Shown here: piece after piece, positions 9,823-18,815 of the stretch
How positions within the stretch are numbered: the first letter of the stretch is position 1
How the letters are laid out: each line of letters opens with the position of its first letter
NCBI GenBank assembly: GCA_035541895.1
Contig: DATKMK010000063.1
Coordinates: 140 to 64,139, forward strand
Origin: Candidatus Binatia bacterium
Lineage (GTDB): Bacteria > Desulfobacterota > Binatia > HRBIN30 > JACQVA1
Direction of reading: 5' to 3'
Length of the DNA stretch: 64,000 nucleotides
Position numbers and translations under genes: made by a program
The notes under the pieces: generated by a model
Told to the model about the DNA's origin: nothing
Database searches by the model: none
Seen by the model: only the letters and a program-made list of their open reading frames with translations

Positions 9823-11058
9823 TCAGGCTTCAACCGGTCCGGGTCGGAAGCGGACGCGCATTTCCTTGACGCCGTTGATAAACGTCGACCGTAGGCGTCG
9901 CGGCGGTTCGGTCAACTCGACGTCGTGCAAACGGGTGACGATGCCGCGGAAGATTTCGTTCAGCTCCATGCGCGCGAGATTGGCGCCCAGGCAGAAGTGC
10001 TCGCCGATGCCGAAGGCCAGGTGATCGTTGGGATGGCGCCGGATGTTGAAGGTGTCGGGGTTCTCGAACACCTCTTCGTCGCGATTCGCGGACGGGTACC
10101 ACATCGTCAGTTTGTCGTCGGGTTTGAGCCGCTGGCCGCGCAACTCGGTTTCGGCGGTGAGCGTGCGGCGGAAGTTATGCACCGCCGGTGCGTAGCGCAG
10201 GATCTCCTCGATCGCCGAGGGCAAGAGTGACAAGTCACTGCGCAGATCGCGCAGCTCGGCGGGATTCTCGATCAACGCGAGCATGCCGTTGGAGGTCACC
10301 GTACGAGTGGTTTCGTTGCCGGCGATGATGAGCAGCAGGAAGAAGAAGTTGAAGTCGTTGTCGCTGAGCCGTTGGCCGTCGAGTTCGGCGTTGACCAGCG
10401 CAGTGGCGAGGTCATCGCCGGGATGCGTGCGGGCCTTCTCGAGCAAGTGGCCGGCGTACATGAACATCTCGGCCGCGGCGGCTTGGCCATCCGTCATCGG
10501 CGCCGGCTTGCCGTCGGGTTGCAGGTCGGGATCGTCGAAACCGACCATGCGATTGCCGATGGCGTAGACGCTGCGGCGATCGGCGTCGGGGACGCCCATC
10601 ATTTCGCAAATGACTTCGAGCGGCAGCAGGGCGGCGACGTCTTCGACGAAATCGCACTCGCCGCGCTCGATCACGCCGTTGATGATCCGCGTGACCATGT
10701 CGCGAATGCGCCCGTGCAGATTGTTGATCATCCGCGCCGAGAAGGCCTTGTTGACCAGCCCGCGATACTGCCGGTGGCGCGGCGGGTCCATGTTGAGCAT
10801 GATCGATTGGATGAACGGCAAATCGTGCGGCAGCGGATCCCGCATGATCGCGCCCTGCCGTTCCGACGAGTAGAGCGCCGGGTTTTTCGACACGTCGCGC
10901 AAGTCGGCGTACTTGGTGACCACCCAGAAGCCGCCGCGGTCGGCCGGCTCCGGGTGCCAATAGACCGGAGCTTCTTTGCGCAGCAGGCGAAACATCTCGT
11001 GCGGTGTGCCGCGTTGGAAGATGTCGGGGTCAGTGAGATTCACGTCGCTCAGTCGCAT
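9823..11058 (-). CDS. cytochrome P450
   Basis: Heme-thiolate loop FGIGEHFCLGANLA, EILR (ExxR) and AGNETT I-helix motif. Confidence 0.92.
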   Translation of the reverse strand: MRLSDVNLTDPDIFQRGTPHEMFRLLRKEAPVYWHPEPADRGGFWVVTKYADLRDVSKNPALYSSERQGAIMRDPLPHDLPFIQSIMLNMDPPRHRQYRGLVNKAFSARMINNLHGRIRDMVTRIINGVIERGECDFVEDVAALLPLEVICEMMGVPDADRRSVYAIGNRMVGFDDPDLQPDGKPAPMTDGQAAAAEMFMYAGHLLEKARTHPGDDLATALVNAELDGQRLSDNDFNFFFLLLIIAGNETTRTVTSNGMLALIENPAELRDLRSDLSLLPSAIEEILRYAPAVHNFRRTLTAETELRGQRLKPDDKLTMWYPSANRDEEVFENPDTFNIRRHPNDHLAFGIGEHFCLGANLARMELNEIFRGIVTRLHDVELTEPPRRLRSTFINGVKEMRVRFRPGPVEA

Positions 11059-11172
11059 GGGCGCCTCGACTCCACGTATGCTGTGGTCACAGAGTTCCGA
11101 ACGAACGTTTGTTTATCAACTTGGCCCACGCGTCGTCAACCAAATTTGTGAGGGTCGGTAAGCCGCGTTTGC

Positions 11173-12033
11173 TTATGTGCGTTCGCCGAATGCCTGCTGC
11201 CACAAAGATTCGAAGTAGCGATCGGCGAAGGGAGTGAAATTGGCGCCCTCGACAGGGGTGGACGCGAATTCGCCGAAGACGCAGCCGCGATCAGTGGCGT
11301 AGCAGTCCACCCGAACATAGGTCTCGTAGGCTGCGCCGAGCCGGCGGGCGCACGTGAGGATGTCGTCGAAGCAGGCCGGCGGGGCGCGCAGATCGTCTTC
11401 CTCCAGCATGGTGTTCATCCGGTCGGGGAATGGCCTCCACGATGGCTCGTAAAAGCGGTGCGTGGCGGGTTTCCGGCCCGCCGGCCGGTGGACGACTTGG
11501 ATCGCACCCACGGTTTCGCCGAACATGTGCAGCTTGTATTCGGTCGGCAATTCATAGGCGCCGGCCTCAGTGCGCACGAACTCCTCGACCAGCAGCGGAA
11601 AGCGCGAGAACCGCCCCAGCCGAGCGATGAGCCGCTGCGCCAGTGCGCGCCGCGTGTAGTGCGTGGCCGTCAACAGGTTCAGGTCGCCGGCCATGACAAA
11701 GACGTTCCTGCGTGCCGCTCCCCAGATCGGGCGGACGACGAAGTGTTCGGGGAACGACTCAATCGGCACCGCCCCGATGTGTCGCCCGGACCAATACAGC
11801 TCCGGGACTTGGCAGCCGTGCCGCAGCGCAAACTCGCGCGCGTTCCACTTGTTGCTCAGGGTGCGTTGCCACAACGAGCAGCAGCGCCAGCGAGTCTCGG
11901 GATCGTTGCGATCCCGCAGCGTGTGATTCTCCTTCAACGTATGTAGCAAGTGCCGGTAGGTGGATGGTCGCTGCCACTTGTTCGGCTTGCCCCACCATAT
12001 CAACCCCCGACGGCGCAATCGCTCGGAGAACAT
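11173..12033 (-). CDS. TupA-like ATP-grasp family protein
   Basis: NKWNAREFALRHGCQVPELYW...FPEHFVVRPIWGAA...VRVDCYATDRGCVFGEFASTP pattern. Start chosen at internal ATG (MFSERL...). The upstream part of the track ORF is Arg-rich and unlikely to be coding. Confidence 0.7.
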   Translation of the reverse strand: MFSERLRRRGLIWWGKPNKWQRPSTYRHLLHTLKENHTLRDRNDPETRWRCCSLWQRTLSNKWNAREFALRHGCQVPELYWSGRHIGAVPIESFPEHFVVRPIWGAARRNVFVMAGDLNLLTATHYTRRALAQRLIARLGRFSRFPLLVEEFVRTEAGAYELPTEYKLHMFGETVGAIQVVHRPAGRKPATHRFYEPSWRPFPDRMNTMLEEDDLRAPPACFDDILTCARRLGAAYETYVRVDCYATDRGCVFGEFASTPVEGANFTPFADRYFESLWQQAFGERT

Positions 12034-12094
12034 GTCACGTGTGGTGCGACGAGAAGTGATCCGCGGTCGTTTGCACCGGCTTGCGGACGGGCGC

Positions 12095-12478
12095 ATGATG
12101 CCGCGCGTGATTCGGCGCCTCGGCCTGACCCTTCCGCTGTTCGTGTGCGTCTTGATGATGCCGGTTGGTCCGGGATGTTCGGACTGTGACCTGCAGATCG
12201 ACACGGCGATGCTCGCCGACGGGACCGTCGGCGCCTCGTATAGCCAAGGGCTGCACTCCGATTGCGGGGGCGACTTCTGGTTTCTTCAAGAGGGCAACCT
12301 GCCGCCAGGGATCGGGCTGTTGGAGCGCGGCGAGCTGCGCGGAACGCCGTCGACTCCCGGCGTGTTTCACTTTACTGTCGGTGTCGTCGATGAAGACAGC
12401 CACGAGACCGCGTTCAAGGGATTCGCTTTGACGGTCAAACCCGGTCCGCCGGCTACCGCATCGCCGTCTGCTTCATGA
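12095..12478 (+). CDS. small putative lipoprotein with an Ig-like (He_PIG-type) domain
   Basis: Signal/lipobox-like LTLPLFVCVLMMPVGPGCS, followed by LPPGIGLLERGELRGTPSTPGVFHFTVGVVD, typical of putative Ig domains. Its 3' end overlaps the convergent amidohydrolase by 26 nt. Confidence 0.5.
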   Translation: MMPRVIRRLGLTLPLFVCVLMMPVGPGCSDCDLQIDTAMLADGTVGASYSQGLHSDCGGDFWFLQEGNLPPGIGLLERGELRGTPSTPGVFHFTVGVVDEDSHETAFKGFALTVKPGPPATASPSAS

Positions 12479-13694
12479 TCTGGCCGTCGCGCATGACCAG
12501 GACGACCTTGTTGGCATCCTGGAGCACGCCGATGTCGTCGAGCGGTTGACCGTCGACGACGATCACATCCGCCAACTTGCCGGGCTCGATGGTGCCGAGT
12601 TGATCGGCCATCCCGAACAGCTCGGCGTTGGCGCGCGTGGCCGAGAGGATCGCGTCGTGGGCACCGAGCACCGACGCCTTGAGCCGCAGCTCCATCGACT
12701 TGAAGGGCTGCATGCTCGACAGCACATCGGAGCCCGAACAGATTGTCAGCCCGGCGGCGCGCGCGACCTTGAGCGATTCGAGTCCGCCGGCCTTGGCCTT
12801 GTTGATCTTGTCGATCATCTTGCGCGGGATCCCCTGCGACTCGCCGTACGCGCTGATGACTTCGTACGTGGTCAGCGTCGGAACGAAATAGGCGCCCGCC
12901 TCTCGCATGGACGCGGCAGACTCCTCGTCGAGAAAGTTGCCGTGCTCGATGCTGCGGACGCCGGCTTCGACCGCATTCATGATACCGCGCGGCGTGTAGA
13001 CGTGCGCCAGCGCGATCTTCTCCACCGCGCGTGCCTCGTAGCAGGCCGCGGCCATCTCTTCGACGGTGAATTGGGTGTGCTCGATCTCGTCGGTGGGCGA
13101 CATGCATCCCCCGCCGGCCATGATCTTGATCCCGTGTGCGCCGGTCCGCAACATCTCACGCGCGGCGCGCCGCATCTCGTCGGGAGAATCGCAGATGCGC
13201 GGCGTGGCGGTCAGCCCGTAGATCCCCTCGATCGGGGCGTGATTGCTGTGCGGCTCGCGCCAATCGCCGTGACCACCGGTCTGCGACAGACACGACCCGA
13301 CGAATAGAATACGCGGGCCGCGCACCAAGCCGCGTTCGGTCGCCTGCGCAAAGCCCCAATCGAGTCCGAACGCATCGCGCACGGTCGTGAATCCGGCCGC
13401 GAGCGTTTGCTCCAACACGTCCTTGATGCGCAAGGCCGCGGTGGCGGGCGAATCGCGCCGAGCTTTCCCGGGATCGGTTTCGATGATGGCCGCGTGGACG
13501 TGCGCGTCGGTTAACCCGGGCATCAACGTGCGCCCGCCGCAATCGATGCGAACGGCGCCGCTTGGTAGCACCGGCTCGCTGCCTCGGACCACCTTTGCAA
13601 TGTGCCCGCCGTCGACGATCACCGTCGAGCGCGGCGCTAGCTCCGCACCGGTGCAGTCGAGCAGCGTACAATTGCGAAAGACCGTCGTCGTCAT
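12453..13694 (-). CDS. amidohydrolase family metal-dependent hydrolase
   Basis: N-terminal beta-sandwich (VFRNCTLLDCTG...VIVDGGHIAKV) followed by MPGLTDAHVHA (HxH metal site). Confidence 0.85.
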   Translation of the reverse strand: MTTTVFRNCTLLDCTGAELAPRSTVIVDGGHIAKVVRGSEPVLPSGAVRIDCGGRTLMPGLTDAHVHAAIIETDPGKARRDSPATAALRIKDVLEQTLAAGFTTVRDAFGLDWGFAQATERGLVRGPRILFVGSCLSQTGGHGDWREPHSNHAPIEGIYGLTATPRICDSPDEMRRAAREMLRTGAHGIKIMAGGGCMSPTDEIEHTQFTVEEMAAACYEARAVEKIALAHVYTPRGIMNAVEAGVRSIEHGNFLDEESAASMREAGAYFVPTLTTYEVISAYGESQGIPRKMIDKINKAKAGGLESLKVARAAGLTICSGSDVLSSMQPFKSMELRLKASVLGAHDAILSATRANAELFGMADQLGTIEPGKLADVIVVDGQPLDDIGVLQDANKVVLVMRDGQIMKQTAMR

Positions 13695-13709
13695 GAGGGT
13701 TCCGCACCG

Positions 13710-14681
13710 CTACGATTGCAATCGCGGCAGGACCTTGCGCTCGAACAACCGCAAACTCTCCCAACCCAATTCGGGCGGGATGCCTCCCATCAACGGGTGC
13801 AACAGGACGCGACCGCACTCCTTGGCTAAGGCGACGCATTCGTCGGGCGTGACCACGCGGTACACGCCGCTGGTCCGAACGTCGTCGATCGATTGCGCCG
13901 CCACATGCACCTGCGACCGCTGCCCCGGCGTTTGCCACGCCGCGTAGGTTTGCGCGTCGTACAGCGCGTGCGGCCCGATGCGTGCCCAGTCGCGCGCGGG
14001 ATCTTCGCTGACGTGCACGAAGCCCGGACCGCCCGGCATCGCGATAAAGCCGCCATGGAAACCGACGCGGGCGCACTCCTCGTTGTAGATCGCGGCCAGA
14101 GCCGGATCGCCGATGGCGGGCGAGAAGCCGCAGTGCAAACGAGCGGCGCGGCGCGCCGCCTTCTCGGTCGAGCCGCCGATCAGAATCATCGGTGGGGTGT
14201 CGGGCTTTGGCGTTACGCGGATGGTGCGCCCGCGCCACTCGAACGGCTCGCCGGTCCACGCCTGGCGCATGACCCCGATCGCTTCTTCGAGCAGTCGCCA
14301 GCGCTGCGTCCGATCGACCCCCGCCATCGCAAATTCTTCGTGCCGATATCCGAGTCCGGCGACGAAGCTGAGGCGGCCGTCGCTCACCAGCGAGACCGTC
14401 GCGAGCTGTTCGGCCAGCCGCACGGGATCGTGCAGCGGCACCAGCACCGCGGCAATGCTGATGGGCAAGCGCGTTGTTCTCCCGGCGATCGCGGCCGCCA
14501 GCGTGATCGGTGCGGGCGAAAAACCGTCATCGACTCCGTGGTGCTCGGACAGCGCCACGAAGTGCAGTCCGAGCTGATCCGCCCACGCGCATTGATCCAA
14601 GCACGCATGATAGGCCGCGGCATGCGTGTTTGGACTGAACGACGGAACGCGCAAGTCGTAACGTAGGCCGATCATGATCAT
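13710..14681 (-). CDS. LLM-class (luciferase-like) flavin-dependent oxidoreductase
   Basis: AWADQLGLHFVALSEHHG...GRLSFVAGLGY motifs. Confidence 0.85.
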   Translation of the reverse strand: MIMIGLRYDLRVPSFSPNTHAAAYHACLDQCAWADQLGLHFVALSEHHGVDDGFSPAPITLAAAIAGRTTRLPISIAAVLVPLHDPVRLAEQLATVSLVSDGRLSFVAGLGYRHEEFAMAGVDRTQRWRLLEEAIGVMRQAWTGEPFEWRGRTIRVTPKPDTPPMILIGGSTEKAARRAARLHCGFSPAIGDPALAAIYNEECARVGFHGGFIAMPGGPGFVHVSEDPARDWARIGPHALYDAQTYAAWQTPGQRSQVHVAAQSIDDVRTSGVYRVVTPDECVALAKECGRVLLHPLMGGIPPELGWESLRLFERKVLPRLQS

Positions 14682-15154
14682 GGTTGTCTCCTTCTTCGCG
14701 TCGCGAAACGGGGCCGGTTGTACGGCGCGGCGTTGCGTACGTCAACGCCGCAGTCGCGGTGGTTCCACCGCTTTGTGTGCGTTCCGGAGAAGAACCGGGC
14801 GCGGTCTACAACTCAGATTCGCGAGCGGTCGCGAGTGACGTGCGTCGCGGCTTGCGGGCTTCGCCCTGCACCCCCAGAGGGAAGGCTCAAACGCCGCCTT
14901 CTCTCGGACTCCCTTCGGCTTCCGCTGCGCTCGGCTATGGGCCGCTGCGTCCCGAGTCGGGCTCACGCGATCGCCGCGCGCCAACAACATCGGGCTGCGC
15001 TGCCAATGACCGGCGGCGAATCGCATCCGACGGCCTCTGGGCTCTGTGAATTGAGGAGCCGCACGTTCCTCCCTTCGGAAGCCGGCCACACCCAGCCGCC
15101 CGGATTCCCCCCGCACCGGTTTCTGATGTAGAGGCGGGTTCACGGAGGTGGAAG

Positions 15155-15640
15155 ATGAACGAACGGTTGCAGTCGCAGATGATCGCACACGGTGCGCTGG
15201 TGTTTCTGGCCGGGTTGCTCGCCGGCTTTCCGTTCGCGTTTCTTTTGCTCGGCAAGATCGTCCTGTGGCCGATCCCGGGGGCGATCGCCGTCGCGATGCC
15301 CGGCGATGTGCGCGGCTGGCGGATGGCGCATCTGGAAGGGATCTTGAACGGCCTCACCCTGATCGGTGTCGCCGCGGTCGGCGCGCGCCTCAGGTTGAGC
15401 GAGCGCGCGCAGCAAACCGTGGCGTGGGCCCTGATCGTCACCGCGTGGGGCAACATGATCGCGTCGATTGTCGGTCCGCTGTTCGGCGGTCGCGGTCTGG
15501 CGTTCGGCGAAGGTATCGCCAATAACCTCATGTATCTGCTGTTCGTCGCCGCGATCGTCGCCGTCGTAGTCGCGATGTGTCTGGTGTTTGCCGGTGCGCG
15601 CCGGAGTGCGCTGTCCGACTCAGAACCGGCACGCCAATGA
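15155..15640 (+). CDS. small 4-TM membrane protein, styrene-oxide isomerase (StyC)-like
   Basis: 161 aa with four hydrophobic helices. QMIAHGALV, MPGDVRGWRMAHLEGILNG and GGRGLAFGEG line up with my recollection of StyC (KMAGHGILM, VPGSPEGWARAHSGPALNG, NRGLTFGPN). The family call rests on memory only. Confidence 0.7.
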   Translation: MNERLQSQMIAHGALVFLAGLLAGFPFAFLLLGKIVLWPIPGAIAVAMPGDVRGWRMAHLEGILNGLTLIGVAAVGARLRLSERAQQTVAWALIVTAWGNMIASIVGPLFGGRGLAFGEGIANNLMYLLFVAAIVAVVVAMCLVFAGARRSALSDSEPARQ

Positions 15641-15650
15641 GGAATGCCCT

Positions 15651-17651
15651 ATGCCCAACACGCTCACTCGATTGGCTGCCCTGATTGCGTGCGCCGCGCT
15701 CGCTTCGTGCGGCAAGCAGCAGGGCATGACGAGTCAGGACTTCGGGCCCGATGCGGATGCCGACGGTCACACGGCGGCGACCCAGTTCACCGCGAGCCAC
15801 AACACCGCGGTCGGTGCGGAGTTGTCGCTCGCCGATCCGGCGGAGTTCGACGACGCCAAGCGTGGGTTTATCGCCACCGACGACCCGCTGGTGGTCAAGA
15901 ATGACGCGGGCGCGGTGATCTGGGATCGCCCCGGCTATGACTTCATCAAAGGCGATGCGCCGCCCAGCGTGAATCCCAGCCTGTGGCGCCAGGCACAGCT
16001 CAACAACTTCAACGGCCTCTTCAAAGTCACCGATCGCATCTTTCAAGTTCGGGGCTATGACATCTCGAACATGAGCGTCATCGAGGGCGATACCGGACGG
16101 ATCCTCGTTGATCCGCTTACCACCGTGTTCACCTCGACCAAGGCGCTGGCGCTGGTCAATCGCACATTGGGCGAACGGCCGCTGGTTGCGATCATTCTCA
16201 CCCACAGTCACATCGACCATTTCGGCGGCATCAAAGGTGTGGTGAGCGCCGCCGACGTGCGCAGCGGCAAAGTGCGCGTCGTTGCGCCGCTCCGATTCAC
16301 GGAGGAAGCCGTCAGTGAGAACGTGATTGCCGGCGTCGTGATGGGCCGGCGCGCTCAATACATGTACGGCCTGCCGCTGGATCGCAGCGAGCGCGGCCAC
16401 GTCGATACCGGTTTGGGCAAGGGGCCGGCGGTCGGCAACATCTCCATCCTCGCACCCACCGACAGCGTCGACCATACCGGTCAAACGATGCGGATCGACG
16501 GCGTCGACTTCGTCTTTCAGTACGTGCCGCACTCCGAGGCGCCGGCGGAGCTGACGTTTCATCTCCCGCAATTCAAAGCCTTCTGTGGCGCCGAGATCGT
16601 CTCCCAGAACATGCACAACCTGTACACGCTGCGCGGCGCCAAGGTGCGCGACGCGCTGTTGTGGAGCGGCTACATCGACGAAGCGATCGACCGGTTCGGC
16701 GCCGACACCGCCGTCGTATTCAACAGCCACCACTGGCCGGTGTGGGGCGAAGCGCGCGTGATCGAATACCTGAAGCAGCAGCGCGACACATATCGCTACC
16801 TTCACGATCAGACGCTGCGCCTCGCCTCGCAAGGGCTTACCCCCAGCGAGATCGCCGACGCCCTGGTGCTGCCCGAGAGTTTGCGCCGATCGTTTCCGAG
16901 TCGCGGCTACTACGGCACCGCGAAACACAATGCCCGCGCCGTCTATCAGTTTTACTTCGGTTGGTACGACGGCAATCCTGCCAATCTCGACTCGCTGCCG
17001 CCGGAAGAGGAGGGTAAGCGCTACGTCGATGCGATCGGCGGTGTCGCAGCCGTGGTCGCCAAGGCGCAAGCGGCGTACGATCAGGGCGACTATCGGTGGG
17101 CCGCCACTCTGCTCAAACACGTCGTCTTTGCCGATCCGGACAACGACACGGCAAAAGGGTTGCTCGCGCGCACGTACGACCAACTCGGCTATCAGGCCGA
17201 ATCGGGTCCGTGGCGCGATGAGTATTTGACCGGCGCGCAGGAACTCCGGCACGGCGTCAAGCCGGTGGGCCCGATCACCGTGGCGGCGGACATTCTGAAC
17301 AACATTCCGCTCGACCAGTTCTTCACCGCCATGGCGACGCGCCTGAACGGGCCGAAGGCCGACGGCAAGCAGATGACGATCAATTTCGTATTCAAGGACG
17401 AAGACAAGACGATCGTCGTGCGCGTCGAGAACGCCGTCCTGCATCACAAAGACGCGCCTGCGGATCCCAACGCGGACGCCACCGTCACGGTAACGCGCGC
17501 CTTCTGGCTGAAGCTGATCACCAAGCAGGTGTCGATCAAGGACCTGGTATTCTCAGACGAGTATCAGGTACAAGGCAGTCGAACCACGTTGCTGTCGTTC
17601 TTCTCGTTGCTCGACGATCCGAATCCGAACTTCGCGATCGTCACGCCGTAG
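15651..17651 (+). CDS. alkyl/aryl-sulfatase (metallo-beta-lactamase fold, SdsA1/BDS1-like), lipoprotein
   Basis: Lipobox LASCG after MPNTLTRLAALIACAA. MBL motif ILTHSHIDHFGG, dimerisation region YFGWYDGNPANL, and a C-terminal SCP2-like tail. Confidence 0.9.
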   Translation: MPNTLTRLAALIACAALASCGKQQGMTSQDFGPDADADGHTAATQFTASHNTAVGAELSLADPAEFDDAKRGFIATDDPLVVKNDAGAVIWDRPGYDFIKGDAPPSVNPSLWRQAQLNNFNGLFKVTDRIFQVRGYDISNMSVIEGDTGRILVDPLTTVFTSTKALALVNRTLGERPLVAIILTHSHIDHFGGIKGVVSAADVRSGKVRVVAPLRFTEEAVSENVIAGVVMGRRAQYMYGLPLDRSERGHVDTGLGKGPAVGNISILAPTDSVDHTGQTMRIDGVDFVFQYVPHSEAPAELTFHLPQFKAFCGAEIVSQNMHNLYTLRGAKVRDALLWSGYIDEAIDRFGADTAVVFNSHHWPVWGEARVIEYLKQQRDTYRYLHDQTLRLASQGLTPSEIADALVLPESLRRSFPSRGYYGTAKHNARAVYQFYFGWYDGNPANLDSLPPEEEGKRYVDAIGGVAAVVAKAQAAYDQGDYRWAATLLKHVVFADPDNDTAKGLLARTYDQLGYQAESGPWRDEYLTGAQELRHGVKPVGPITVAADILNNIPLDQFFTAMATRLNGPKADGKQMTINFVFKDEDKTIVVRVENAVLHHKDAPADPNADATVTVTRAFWLKLITKQVSIKDLVFSDEYQVQGSRTTLLSFFSLLDDPNPNFAIVTP

Positions 17652-17676
17652 CCGGTGAAGCGAAGGGAATCCCGCG

Positions 17677-17871
17677 ATGTTTTGCCAACGGATACAGCGG
17701 CGACTCCAACTTTGGTGGGGAGAGTCGCCGAGCGTTGCGGCGCGCCTCGCCGAAGGGCCGCGTGTCCAGCGCATTTGCCCCGACACGCCCGGCAAGGGAA
17801 GGCTCTTCACTCGCTTCGCCGACGAGGTCTTCGAGCAACTATGGCGCGAGACGTTTCCCGACTCGATTTGA
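17677..17871 (+). pseudogene. possible C-terminal remnant of a TupA-like ATP-grasp paralog
   Basis: TPGKGRLFTRFADEVFEQLWRETF matches the C-terminus of the 11173..12033 protein (TPVEGANFTPFADRYFESLWQQAF). No intact upstream body is present. Confidence 0.3.
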
Positions 17872-17883
17872 TAAGGAGAGCCG

Positions 17884-18768
17884 ATGAGTATCCCCGACGA
17901 GGTTGCGCGGGTGCAGAATGAGTGGTTGCGTCGCGGCCACTTCACTACGCTGGCGGAAGGGCACCGCATCTTCGTGATGCAGGAAGGAAACGGGCCGGAT
18001 CTGGTGCTGGTGCACGGCTTTCCCTCGACGAGTCATGATTTCGCTGCCGCGCTGCCCATGCTCACCTCGCGGTTCCGCGTGACGACGTGGGATCAGTTGG
18101 GCTTCGGATTCTCCGACAAGCCGGTCGATGAGCAGGTGTCCTACTCGTTGCTCGATCAGGGTCGACGAGCCGGTGAGATCGCCCGCGCACTGGGTATCAC
18201 GCACGCCCGCGTGATCGGGCACGACATGGGGTTGACCGTCGCGGTCGAGATGCTGTGCCGGCACCACGAGCATTCGCTCGGATTCACGATCGATGCGTTG
18301 GGTTTGTGCAACGGCAGCCACTTGGTCGAACTGGCGCACCTCACGCCGGTGCAAGAAGCGCTGATGACCGACGAGGGCGCGGCGGCGTTCGCGCAGAACT
18401 ACGATCCCGAACGCTTCGCCGACGGCCTGCGCTTCGTCTGGGCCGACCCGCAGCGGACACCCGCCGTCGATATCCGTGCGATCGCCTACTGGATGCAGCA
18501 CAACAACGGTCTCGCCATCCTGGGCCGCATCGCACGCTACAACATCGAACGCCGGCTATATGCGGAGCGGTGGCGATCGATTCTCGGCCACACCGACGTG
18601 CCGATTCGGGTCGTGTGGGGCGATCGCGATCCGATTGCGGTCATCGAAATCGGCCGGCAACTGAGCACGATGTCCGGCGGAACGCTGTCGGTACTGGAAG
18701 GCGTCGGCCACTACCCGCAAATGGAGCGACCCGCGGCCTGGGTGTCGGCGGTCACGAGCGAGTGGTAG
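17884..18768 (+). CDS. alpha/beta hydrolase with Asp nucleophile (epoxide hydrolase / haloalkane dehalogenase-like)
   Basis: LVLVHGFPSTSHDF and VIGHDMGLTV (nucleophile elbow with Asp). AAGGAGAG RBS lies upstream of the ATG. Confidence 0.85.
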   Translation: MSIPDEVARVQNEWLRRGHFTTLAEGHRIFVMQEGNGPDLVLVHGFPSTSHDFAAALPMLTSRFRVTTWDQLGFGFSDKPVDEQVSYSLLDQGRRAGEIARALGITHARVIGHDMGLTVAVEMLCRHHEHSLGFTIDALGLCNGSHLVELAHLTPVQEALMTDEGAAAFAQNYDPERFADGLRFVWADPQRTPAVDIRAIAYWMQHNNGLAILGRIARYNIERRLYAERWRSILGHTDVPIRVVWGDRDPIAVIEIGRQLSTMSGGTLSVLEGVGHYPQMERPAAWVSAVTSEW

Positions 18769-18782
18769 CTCGGCGATCGCGG

Positions 18783-18806
18783 GGAGCGCGCCCGGAGGCG
18801 CGCTCC
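18783..18806. terminator. GC-rich hairpin between convergent genes (candidate bidirectional terminator)
   Basis: GGAGCGCGCC-cgga-GGCGCGCTCC: a perfect 10-bp stem with a 4-nt loop, located between the stops at 18768(+) and 18816(-). Confidence 0.5.
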
Positions 18807-18815
18807 ACCTGACGT

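Noticed and set aside
14742-15188. 148-aa minus-strand ORF and other ORFs inside the 473-nt intergenic region
   Set aside because: Arg/Pro-rich with no motifs. It overlaps the start of the SOI-like gene. The region is treated as non-coding.
15528-17447. 639-aa minus-strand ORF
   Set aside because: Shadow of the alkyl sulfatase gene, with Arg-rich composition and no motifs. The same reasoning applies to 22969..24813(-), 29285..31267(-), 30772..32034(-), 5520..6872(-), 18556..20136(-), 27337..28611(-), 51395..52984(-), 8579..9745(-) and 13156..14259(-).
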